Positions 27,391 to 41,087 of a stretch of DNA of 64,000 bases are shown piece after piece. This DNA is from Eledone cirrhosa. Lineage: Eukaryota. A model generated the notes under the pieces. The model saw nothing but the letters and a program-made list of their open reading frames with translations. It was not told the DNA's origin and made no database searches. The translations under genes and the position numbers were made by a program. The stretch lies in NCBI GenBank assembly GCA_964016885.1, contig OZ024742.1, forward strand, positions 154,070,001 through 154,134,000, written 5' to 3'. Each line of letters begins with the position of its first letter. Position 1 is the first letter of the stretch.

Positions 27391-28634
27391 AAAGTAGTTA
27401 TGTGCTTTTCATTATTATATATTTCACAAGTGCCGGACAGACTATGATATAAATAATCTTTGTCGTCTCCTTATTCTGGTTCGTTCACATTTCAAAAGAT
27501 AAAAGACAAGAAGGCTAAAATCATGCCCAACATGGAAATATATATCCCTATGTTATATGGGGGTCTTTAACTTAATAAACACAAAAATAAAGCCTCAAAA
27601 GTGGCTAGATTTTGTAATACTTCTTTTATAGATGGAAACAAAAATATTGTGCTATCTATCTTTGATATTCCGATGAAATCATTTCATTTCGTCTTCTACA
27701 ATCATAAAGTTGGGAAGAAGCCAATGATGGACAATTTATTTAATCATTACCTCGGATTGGATACAAAAAAATCAGGTTAGGTCAAAGTTCTTTAAGATCA
27801 TGTATGACTTCTGGTTAAATAATAATCACAACAATGTTGAAAACATTATCGTTAGAACATATGATATAACATACTTAGAGATTGTGGTAGGCATGAACTC
27901 CCTGCAAACCTGAATCTTGGCTTTGATATTACCATAGAGACTTGAGTAACGATTCCAAGGCATAATTTTAGACATCTCAACTCAGTTTATGCATTTATCT
28001 CCTTGAAGACACCACTATCATTACCATTTATATCATCTTTTAACTTGCACTATATATGTAACAATATATCTTTGCAGAAAATATGTGTTGGGGCGAATAT
28101 GTATAGAATTCATAAGTCTAATTCTTTACGAGTGTTATTCAGGCATTTCATTGAATAAATAGTGTATTCAATGTGTTTTGCATATGAAAATATTGTTGCC
28201 AAAAGCGGATTTTACTGATTCGTATTGGAGTTAAGTAGGAATTCTACAGGAGCGTTTAGTGCACATAAATATTTCTCATCTTCAAATAATAAATACAAAC
28301 AAAATAATCAGAGACCACATCCTAAATGTAACCATTTTTTTACACTTCCTTACGGCACTTTATTAAAATTTGACATTTACTCTCTATTCTCTAAGCTATT
28401 TTCTCCTTTCACTGCTATCTATTTCTCTTTCTCACACACACTTTCTCTCCTCTGCTTCTATATTTATCTTTTGCACAAAACCTTAGATCTAGTCATCTGA
28501 ATATTATTTTTGTATATCTTACGAGCGATCGATCTGCTTTTGATCTTAAGGAGACTTTCCCTCTATTGTACATAAACACAGACATTAAGATAGACACTTA
28601 CACACATGCATACATACATACACACACACACATA

Positions 28635-30117
<1,483 letters not shown>

Positions 30118-30136
30118 TTTATATATATATATATAT

Positions 30137-30177
<41 letters not shown>

Positions 30178-30530
30178 AATATATGTAAGTCGTTTGGAAG
30201 CCTCGACAATGCAAATGGGTAAATCTCCGGGTAACAAGATCCGTTGGTGGAGAGAGAGATGTAAGTGGGTGTACGTTGAGATGCGTGGTGTGTATGAGAT
30301 GTGTAGAAGAATGAAGGAATGAGTATAAAGGATAAAATAAAAATAACAACACGAGAGAGAGTTACCTTGGGAGAGATTTAATAGTCCCTATATATTTCGG
30401 ATTCACATCCATCAACTGGGGTTTTTCCGGGGTGGGGGAAATGTTGTCTGTCGACAGGTGCGAAACGCGTCCTCCGCTGTTTGTTGTGTATATACATAAA
30501 TATATAAATATACACATATATATATATACT

Positions 30531-30574
<44 letters not shown>

Positions 30575-30599
30575 TACATATATATATATATCTGAATGT

Positions 30600-30850
30600 A
30601 TCTATATTGTATTTTGCAATACACTGTATGCTTAATTAAAAGCATTTCGAAGACTTTATGCTATTGTTTTAGAGCAGTGACAGACTCACTTACTTTAATT
30701 TTCAGCAAACAGGGGAGATAAAGCTGACAGGGCCCTGTTTCGCATTTATTGATGCTTATCAAAGCCAACTACTCCTCCTGTTTGCTGATATCTTGGATGT
30801 TTGGTTCTTATAGAATTCTAGTAAATAATCAGGAACTGATACATTCATAT
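30600..30850 (-). mobile_element. Short ~250 bp HHR-bearing element, decayed (same family as 48510-48885)
   Basis: HHR at 30722-30766 minus: GGCT-TTGATAA-GCAT..ATGC-GAAA-CAGGGCCCTG-TC-AGCT. Its flanks align with 48670-48885. Confidence 0.6.
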
Positions 30851-30880
30851 ATATATAGCTATTTCAGAGCACTAATTCTA

Positions 30881-30956
<76 letters not shown>

Positions 30957-33169
30957 AAAAATAAAATAGGGAAAAATAAGAGGTTGAGAGTAAGCATATG
31001 TTGTTAGTCATCCATATGAATATGTGAAATAATTAATACTTAATATTAAGTATGAAGTGTGATAGATAATTCATATTTTATATAATCATTCGATGACTTA
31101 CATTTTAATGTATGGGGAAGCTATTATTGGTCAATATATATTAGATTGGTGTTTCTTTAGAATAGCCATTGGTAAGTATCCAATATAAGTTCGCTGCTCA
31201 TCTATCCTGTTTCTATATATAACTTTTTTTGTATTTATTAATACCCGTTATAAAGTTATATCCCAAAACATAGCGTGTTCGACACTTGGAGAGTTTAAAA
31301 CTTAATATATTATTAATACATAATTGTACAAAACTGTCATAAACACGTATGCTTTCGAATATTGATGTACCAACCTCTCTATATAGACATGCATACATGA
31401 GTATACGTATGTATGTACATAAGTACGTGCTTGTGTAGAAATATACATGACCCTATCCATATACAATAAGAACGAATGGCGAGCTGATTGATACTCAAAT
31501 TCCTTCTCATCATCAATAATGTTCCCGTTCATCCAGATCCCTTATGCACTAAGATGGACACTTTGAACCCCAATATTTCATTGAAACTGTGTTAACTAGC
31601 AACATTCTACTCGTGTTTTGCATTCACATATATACACACAAACAGAAATATATATGTCTACATTCGGAAACAACAAAATGACACTTAAATAAATAACAAA
31701 ATATCCGAATAATTAAAACATGTTACAAACAATAATCTAGAAATGACATAATAGGTATATACTCAGCAACTTAAAGAAAACTAAACAAAACAAAGACACA
31801 CATCGAAAACAAGTCAGGAATAAAGGATAGACACATAAAAAGCACCCCACCTCCGATACCACCACCACCACCGAACAAAAAAAAACAATTGCGAAGAATA
31901 TCTTAAGAAAATAGTATTACAAAAGATCTCATGAGAAAAAGAAATCTCCCTCAGTAATATATATAGAATGAACTCGAACTGAAAGTAAAACAGGTCTCCC
32001 TCTTGAAGCCCGCAGTGGCGTGAACATGAATAGAGAAAACAATTCAGAAGCATGAATAGAAAATACAATTTAGTTTAAATATATAAAAAAATCTGAACAA
32101 CTTTGAATATTACCTTACACTCTCTTTCACTATATAAAACAATGTGCATATACTCCAGACATACTTACATTCAGAAAAAAACATCCATATATATAAATGT
32201 GTGCGCGCGCGCGTGTGTGTCCGTGTGTGTATGTGTGTGTATACAAATATCTATCTATATATCCATCTCTATATATACATATACTCGGGAGGTGTTATGA
32301 GAAGATACACAAACACACAAGCACAGACCCCCCCCCCCCTCTCTCGCTCTCTCTCTCTCACTTTCTCTCTTTCTCTTGCTCCCTCTCAATCTCTATCACA
32401 CACACATATATATGTGTGTGTATGTGCATGCAAAATATATATTTTTCTCCCCTTTATATTATATTGTTTTTTCAGTGTAATGCCGACTGACAAAACTAAC
32501 TTCCAATGGTTTACAATCAATATCGAAATTATTTTCGTATTTACAGAATAACATAAAGCACGGAACGTCTATAGATAGCTTATTGCAGATTATAGTTTAC
32601 TTAGAGCGTGGACGAGGTTGGTTTTTGTCAAGACACCTCATAAAAATACTATTTATGCATTGATTTATCGAGAGATGCTGCTATCCAACACCACCGACAC
32701 AATTTTTTATGAAACGAAATTTCATATTATCTCAAATATATCAGATTATTTCCCTAAATGTGTCAAAATGTCATCATTCCTTAAAGGGGCGTGATACGAT
32801 AGTTCCGATCCTTCCGTCACTTAGGTATAGCTTTAAGTACATAAAGTCCTATAATTCTGTGATATTGACCAGCTAGAATTTCTAATAAATAATATCATAT
32901 TAACAAATTACCTCTCCTATTTTGGAAAAGTTTAATACATATGTTTTGTATTTTTGCCAGGGATTGCCTGGATGCTTCTAGGGGGGGGGGGGGTTAGTTT
33001 CAGTTCTGTTTTTGCGGTATCATGGAGAAAGTTCTGACTAGGTAGCGTTCGCGTGCATCTTGTATGGTCCACATTTACAAAATTTCTCTGACCACAAACA
33101 GCTCTATAATGCTATTAATGAAGAAAATCGTCGGAGTTAACTGCGTATTATTGATAAACTCATTAAAGG

Positions 33170-33600
33170 CAGTAGATAGGCAGTATCGGTAGAGTGTCGG
33201 ACAACACACATCCATAGGGTCATAGAATTAGGGCCTTTTACATTCCGAGTCCAAATCCAACCGAAGATAGCTTTGCATTTCTTCCTTACGAGGTCGATTA
33301 AAATAAAGTAACAGTCATGCACTCGTTGAGTTCAAACGACATTCATCCTCCCCTAAAATTGCTGACCTTGTGTCTATATGAGAAACCATTATTGTTAGGC
33401 TCCATTGTTAGGAGGTGGATTGGCAGTATCGGTAGAGGGTTGGACGCCATGCTTTGCAGCATAGAGTTATGTCCCTTTATGATCTGAGTTCAAATCACGC
33501 CGGGGTTTAACTTTGCCTTTCATCCTTACGGGGTCGATAAAATAATGTACCAGTAATGTACTGGGTATTTGCTGGCCTTGTGCCAAAAGTAGAAACAATT
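33170..33600 (+). mobile_element. Two adjacent SINE copies (older 33170-33390, younger 33411-33600)
   Basis: Two A/B-box heads. ATTGTTAGG flanks the second copy on both sides. Confidence 0.85.
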
Positions 33601-33667
33601 ATTGTTAGGCTTCATGACATTTATGAAGCATATATCTAGAATGATTTTATTTATATTGTTATGTATG

Positions 33668-33715
<48 letters not shown>

Positions 33716-34481
33716 AATGAAGTAATTCCGTCGGAAAAGTACAGGAAAAAAGAGTGTTCTATGTAGGTAACAGAGCTTAATAGTTATGTAATAAACAACA
33801 TAAGGCAATTATTCCGTTTACCAGAGGTTTCTTAAAAGCAAAAGATTTTGCTCTCAATCCTCAGAATGAAAAAATCCTGGTCTCTTTATTGAATTTGGAT
33901 TTTAAAAAACAAAAATGCAATCTATATGAAAGTGAGGCTGGAGAAAGAAGAAGGAAAGAAAAAATAAAATAAAACCACACATGCAAACACACACACAAAC
34001 ACGCACACACACACACAAGCATATACACGCACACACATTTATATATATATAAATACATACACTCATACATATACACACACATATGTGTATATAAATACAC
34101 ACATACACATACATATACACATATATACATACGCACATAAATATCAACACATCCATACATACACATACATATAAACAACAACACACACATATGTACACAC
34201 ATACATACATATAGAAACATAAATATATATATATATTTATAATCTTTGAAGTGTGAGGACAACTGGAAAGCTTCCATTACTCATACTTCTCGCCTTCTTC
34301 ACTACCTCTTCTACGGCCTCGATATGAATACCCCCTCCGCCTCCGTGGTATTTTCTTCGTGGTTATAGGAGGCTTAGCTCTGTTTCTCGACCGTTATATC
34401 GCGTGACTATCTCCCCCTCCGCCTTTTGGGATTCTTTCTCACGTCGTGTAGCCGCGTTCTTGAGACTAGTAAAATGAGGTA

Positions 34482-34569
34482 TCCTCTTGATAAGTCGGCA
34501 GACCTCGCAAGGACTCTATATCTTTGATATATTGTTTTTGTTTATGCCACGAAACTACGTAGTCGAGGA
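34482..34569 (+). ncRNA. Degenerate type I hammerhead
   Basis: TCCTC-TTGATAA-GTCGGCA...TGCCAC-GAAA-CTACGTAG-TC-GAGGA. All stems are intact and the core has two substitutions. Confidence 0.55.
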
Positions 34570-35009
34570 ATTTAGGAACGGTTTAGGTATGATACATTTT
34601 ATTACTAATTATATCTAAATGTTTCTTCTCTCTTCATACTGTATTTTTAACTCTGATACTGGTTCAGTCTGGTTCAAACTGAATTGGTCTGTCCCAGCCA
34701 TTCATTGAGCAACATCGGTGAAGTTGGCACCCTTAACACACAGTTGGGTGGGGATGCATTCATGTATATATGTGTGTGTCCGCATGTATCTGTGTGTTTC
34801 TAAATATATATATATATATATATATATACGGATTAACAAATAATAGTTAAATGCAGTCCACTTAGGTGAAGTCCAGTTATGGTATTCCAGGTAGTGGATG
34901 ATATTAACGCTTGGCTTGGTTTGACTCAACAAGGCATTTTCATAGTGATGCTGCGGGTATGCTGTAATTCCTATGTTGTAAACACTTGGAGTAATAATAA
35001 ATGAGGAAA

Positions 35010-36895
35010 GAAGGTTTACATGGTTTGCTATACAAAAAAGTTTTTAATTAAATAGCTTACATTTGTTTCACTGAGCTGGTATGTCTAGAGATCACTATCC
35101 GCCTAATTTTGCGTCACTCGATCGCCAATACAGAATTATAACCAGTCAGATCTTCGGAGCATGCGAGAATGAAGAAATACACAGGCAAGAAAAGAAAAGA
35201 AAATATGGAGTAGTTATGGCATTCAATTAGAACAATAACAACAACAATTATTACAACAATGCTATCAATAAACTATTTAAGGAGACCCTGACATTACTTA
35301 GGTGGGGGGTATATAATGTATCTAATGTTACGGCGTGAAAATCAGCTGTCATAAGGCAAAAAGTATCGTAGTGTGTATCAATTTTAAATTATAAAGATAA
35401 GCTAGTTTTTACAGTCTTTCTCTTCATCTTCAACAGTATACATGAGTGGGACCACTGTCAAAGCTCAATAGTTGTAGAGTTAATACAGAGGTTAACGAAT
35501 TAATATACGCATATATCTACGCACACACACACACATATATATAAATATATATACACATATATGTGTACATAGACACATACATACACATCAATATACACTC
35601 GTACAAAAATATACATACATGCAAAGAGAAAAGCGTGCTAATTGTAGTTATGGCAAAAAGAAGGTAAAGTAACATTGTAGTAGTGAAATGAGAAAAACTA
35701 GGATCTAGGATCAAATGATTGCAGCAGCCGAGAAGGAGTAAGATTGTTGGTAGATGAGGTATTTACAGACAATTGTGTGGTATAGATTTGTGAAGGAAAT
35801 AGTATACTTAATGAATATATTTCTGTGTGTAGTAGGTATCCTAATTTAAAGCTATGTTATGTTGGTTCGATTCATGGAGGTTTGAATCTTATGAATTTAG
35901 TGGCTATTCTATGTCTGCAGAAGATAGATCTTTCTAACTTATTATTAAGTAGCCTTTTAACATTTCTAAGGATATACAATAGCTCAAGATCACACAGCCC
36001 GCAATAGGACATCCCTGTACTATAGGTTTTAGCAGCCGACAACTTCGACCAGTTGATAGTGTAGCTAGCGTTGCTGTCCTTCAATTCCCATATTTTTCTG
36101 GCGAGGGTGGTGGAACCCATAAGTGCTCGATTTTTCATTGAGTGCCTGTGCACATACCATCTTTTCTTAAAAGAACCCGTGGTGGATCCTATGTAATTCC
36201 AGGTGGAGTTACCCGAGATGACAGTGCACATGTACACCAGGCTCGAATCGAGACATCTGTTCGCCAATGGGCACCTATCTGGGAGGTGACAGTTGCAGTT
36301 TGTGGCGCTATTTTGTGCAGCTTTTACATTCCTATTTAGTACCCTGTTATAAGTGGGTTGTGATATATGCCCCATGGGGTTTTGCTGCTGCGCGTTTGTA
36401 TGCGCTTGTGGTTGTGATGTTGTGATGAGTTTGTGCTTATGTATAGGTGCAATTGATTTACTTGAGATATTTCTGTGGTTGATCTTGCGTATGTGTGATT
36501 CTATGTTAGCTGCTGTTGAGAAAGAGAGTTTTATAGTAGATCTATTGAGTATTTTGTGATATCTATGCGAGATAGGGAAGTGTTTATCTATTAGTTTAAA
36601 GAATGTAGAGGGCAGTCTAGTTTTTATAGAGGAGTTGAATATTGGGTTGAATCATAGGTATTTTCTTTGTCTGTTTCTTCTATTGTTTCTAGGGTTTACG
36701 TTATTAGTGTTTTGGCCGTTTACTCTAGGTGTTACATGTCTAACCCTATGTCTAGTCAAGCTATTCCTATTATTATGTGATCGGTTGGAGTAGAAATTAC
36801 TAGGATTGTTTATGTTGTCCTAATTCACTATATACTGTAGTTTATCTTTATGACCGGCCCTACTTAATGCTGCATTATAATTTCACTACTACAAT
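35010..36895 (-). mobile_element. Nested PLE, 5'-truncated: RT thumb, GIY-YIG ORF and 3' region with HHR (35053-35163)
   Basis: ORF 35872-36375 CNCHLPDRCPLANRC..LVYMC..YIGST..FKKRWY.H..CGLCDLE..CRH. Confidence 0.85.
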
Positions 36896-36899
36896 GTTA

Positions 36900-37023
36900 C
36901 TTTAACTTCTTTTTGCCATAACTACAATTAGCACGCTTTTCTCTTTGCATGTATGTATATTTTTGTACGAGTGTATATTGATGTGTATGTATGTGTCTAT
37001 GTACACATATATGTATATATATT

Positions 37024-37081
<58 letters not shown>

Positions 37082-37612
37082 TGTGTGTGTGTGTGCGTAG
37101 ATATATGCGTATATTAATTCGTTAACCTCTGTATTAACTCTACAACTATTGAGCTTTGACAGTGGTCCCACTCATGTATACTGTTGAAGATGAAGAGAAA
37201 GACTGTAAAAACTAGCTTATCTTTATAATTTAAAATTGATACACACTACGATACTTTTTGCCTTATGACAGCTGATTTTCACGCCGTAACATTAGATACA
37301 TTATATACCCCCCACCTAAGTAATGTCAGGGTCTCCTTAAATAGTTTATTGATAGCATTGTTGTAATAATTGTTGTTGTTATTGTTCTAATTGAATGCCA
37401 TAACTACTCCATATTTTCTTTTCTTTTCTTGCCTGTGTATTTTCTTCATTCTCGCATGCTCCGAAGATCTGACTGGTTATAATTCTGTATTGGCGATCGA
37501 GTGACGCAAAATTAGGCGGATAGCGATCTCTAGACAGACCAGTTCAGTGAAACAAATGTAAGCTATGTGATTAAAAACTTTTTTGTATAGCAAACCATGT
37601 AAACCTTCTTTC
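36900..37612 (+). repeat. Inverted pseudo-LTR arm of the nested PLE with HHR at 37456-37567
   Basis: Reverse complement of about 35010-35690. GCT-CCGAAGA-TCTGACTGGT...ACCAGTTCAGT-GAAA-CAAATG-TA-AGC. Confidence 0.8.
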
Positions 37613-38468
37613 CTGATTTATATATATATATATATATATATGTACAAGCATACACATACACAAACATAGCCATACACACATACATATACATACATACATA
37701 CAAGCAAACAATCATACACATATACACACGTACATACATACACATACATAAATGCACTCCTCTACATATTCACACACGCAAATAAATATAAGAAAAATAT
37801 ATATAAAAAAATTAAAAATATTATAGAGTTGACAGCGATACAAACAGCGGGGAGCTGAACAGACACGCGTGGTAAGTAATACACACAAATGCACGTATAC
37901 ATACGTACGAAATAATGAATACATACACACACTCTCACACATAAATATTCATATACAAATACATAAACACATACGTACACATACACAAATACATGCACAA
38001 ACACGCACACACACACGTAACACTGATACACACACATATATATATTCATATATATATTAATATATATATAAAAATATAAAAATACACACACACATATATA
38101 TGCATACATACACACACACATATACATACATAGCTATACGATTATACACATACAAATACGTACATATCATAAACACGCAGAACCAAATACAAACACACAC
38201 ACACATACGTATATATACATATATATATATATATATACATACATACACACATACATGTGTGTGTGTGTGTAAAACTCAGTCTTAGATAATTCATATGAAC
38301 CTTACATATACATATATATAGTAGTAAAGTAATAAGCAACATAAGGCAATTATTCCATTCACCAGTGGTTTCTTAAGAGCAAAAATAATTAAAAGCAAAA
38401 AAATGTGCCTTCAATCTACAGAATGAAAAAAACCCCTGGTCTATCTACATATACATATATATACACAC

Positions 38469-38539
<71 letters not shown>

Positions 38540-39361
38540 CACATAAATATACATACACATACACATAGGTATGTGAAGGGCAAGGCAAAAAGAATATATG
38601 GGGGGGGGGAAGACATACGAAAAGGTGAAATATAAGGGGAGATAAGGGAGAAAAATATATACAAGAGTACAGAACGTAGATTCAGCAAAATAAAAAAAAC
38701 GTAGCAGTGGTAAAGAGCGGAGAAGGAGTTCAAGGTGGTTGATTTATCATAGGCGTGTCAATCCAGTTACAGATCACATGCGATTTCAGATGAGGACATG
38801 ATCTGAAGATCTCAGTCTTTGAGTTAAGGCAAGCGGAGGTGGCTCTCAAGTCTAGAAAAAATCCTATATTTTTCTGTGGTACACAAAGGACAATTGTTTG
38901 TGTCCCTTTGGTACTCCCTCGAATGGTCTAATATAGACCAATCGATAGAGTACGGGATGTTACTATCCTTGAATTCACACATCTTACTTGCGAGGGCCGT
39001 TGATGTTCGTTTATCGGAGTGCTTAAAAGAAGCGACATGTGAGTAAAATCTGTCCTGGGTCATACCGACATATCGCTCACTCCTGGCTGGCTGGTTGTTG
39101 ATTACCAGTGTTATTTTAGCCTCATAAACAACATATTTGGTGTTACATTTACCCTGCAATGAGCATTCATCCGGCTTCCTGCAACTGCATCCTGGATTTG
39201 TTCTCGTATGGTTTCAACTGGTGATTTTGGACTTCATAGATGGGCAACAAGAGTAGCTGATCTTAACTACGTTCCTATTAAATATATTATAATATCTATG
39301 ATTAGGAGGAAAATGTTTGTCTAAGTGTTCAAGGAATTTCCTTCCTACATTAGAAGCTTTT

Positions 39362-39514
39362 AAATTTTTTTGCTTTTAAGAAACCACTGGTGAATGGAAT
39401 AATTGCCTTATGTTGCTTATTACTTTATTACTATATATATGTATATGTAAGGTTCATATGAATTATCTAAGACTGAGTTTTACACACACACACACATGCA
39501 TGTGTGTATGTATG

Positions 39515-39567
<53 letters not shown>

Positions 39568-40120
39568 GTGTGTTTGTATTTGGTTGTGCGTGTTTATTAT
39601 ATGTACGTATTTGTATGTGTATAATCGTATAGCTATGTATGTGTGTGTGTATGTATGCATATATATGTGTGTGTGTAATTTTATATTTATATATATATAT
39701 ATATGTATATAGATATGTTTGTGTGTATATATGTGTGTGCATAAGGGTTACGTGTGTGTGTGCGTGTTTGTGCATGTATTTGTGTATGTGTATGTATGTG
39801 TTTATGTATTTATATATGAATATTTATGTGTGAGAGTGTGTGTATGTATTCACTATTACGTACGTATGTATACGTGCATTTGTGTGTATTACTTACCACG
39901 CGTGTCTGTTCAGCTACCCGCTGTTTGTATCGCTGTCAACTCTATAATATTTTTATTTTTTTATATATATTTTTTTCTTATAATTATTTGCGTGTGTGAA
40001 TATGTAGAGGAGTGCATTTATGTATGTGTATGTATGTACGTGTGTATATATGTATCAGTGTGTGCATGTATGTATGTATATGTATGTGTGTATGGCTATG
40101 TTTGTGTATGTGTATGCTTG

Positions 40121-40178
<58 letters not shown>

Positions 40179-40374
40179 ATTATGTATATATATATATATT
40201 TATGTTTCTATATGTATGTATGTGTGTATATATGTGTGTGTGGTTGTATATATGTATGTGTACGTATGGATGTGTTGATATTTATGTGCGTATGTATATA
40301 TGTGTATATGTATGTGTATGTGTGTATTTATATACACATATATGTGTGTATATATGTCTGTGTATGTATGAGTG

Positions 40375-40456
<82 letters not shown>

Positions 40457-40714
40457 GTGTGTGTGTCTATGTATGTTTTTGTGTGCGTGTGGGTGTGCGT
40501 GTTTGTGTGTGTGTTTGCATGTGTGGTTTTATTTAATTTTTTCTTTCCTTCTTCTTTCTCCAGCCTCACTTTCATATAGATTGCATATTTGTTTTTTAAA
40601 ATCCAAATTCAATAAAGAGACCAGGATTTTTTCATTCTGAGGATTAAATGCAAAATCTTTTGCTTTTAAGAAACCTCTGGTAAATGGAATAATTGCCTTA
40701 TGTTGTTTATTACA

Positions 40715-40720
<6 letters not shown>
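39362..40720 (+). repeat. Inverted arm: (TG)/(TA)-rich ~1.29 kb segment between two HHR motifs
   Basis: Partial HHR at about 39370-39398 and a complete HHR at 40632-40687. Confidence 0.75.
40632..40687 (+). ncRNA. Type I hammerhead ribozyme
   Basis: TCATT-CTGAGGA-TTAAATGCAAAA-TC-TTTTGCTTTTAA-GAAA-CCTCTGG-TA-AATGG. Confidence 0.75.
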
Positions 40721-40758
<38 letters not shown>

Positions 40759-41042
40759 CAAATAACGAAACGAAATTAAATTTCGTTTCGCTTCTAACTC
40801 ACTTTTGTATGACTGACGCTTAAACAATTAAGTTAAAGTGTACATCTACATATGTATACGGAAGTATTAGTATGCATATAAATACACACATGTATACATA
40901 TGTACATGTACTCAGCTTTTCACTAGACACTTTACAGTGAGTGTCAGCTAGTCTGTATGTAACCACACAGGCGGACCGGGTTTTAGAGTCATACGAGTTT
41001 TCAAGGAAACACATTTCCTCATTCTCCAGAGGGCCAGACAGG

Positions 41043-41087
41043 AATATTGGACTAGTTTCGATGTTATTACATCTCATCAGCAATATT
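41043..41087 (-). ncRNA. Minimal type I hammerhead; 7 minus copies starting at 41043, 41511, 41979, 42447, 42915, 43383 and 43851
   Basis: Reverse complement of AATATTG-CTGATGA-GATGT-AATA-ACATC-GAAA-CTAG-TC-CAATATT. Confidence 0.92.

Larger units (their letters stand above)
33781..39360 (-). mobile_element. PLE 3' portion: GIY-YIG fragment (38824-39360), then an HHR-bounded ~1.3 kb microsatellite-rich segment split by a nested insertion at about 34240-37620
   Basis: CSCRKPDECSLQGKC..VVYEA..YVGMT..CPLCTTEK. HHRs at about 38354-38426 (degenerate) and 33814-33869. 33781-34240 plus 37620-38400 are the reverse complement of 39362-40720. Confidence 0.7.

Noticed and set aside
30380-30480. Hammerhead-like pieces (GGAT..ATCC-GAAA-TATATA on minus, CGAAACGCGTC on plus)
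   Set aside because: The CUGANGA half is missing or too degenerate to call.
38770-38830. HHR-like CTGAGA/CTGAAGA motifs downstream of the GIY-YIG fragment
   Set aside because: The core is incomplete and stem I does not pair in register on either strand.
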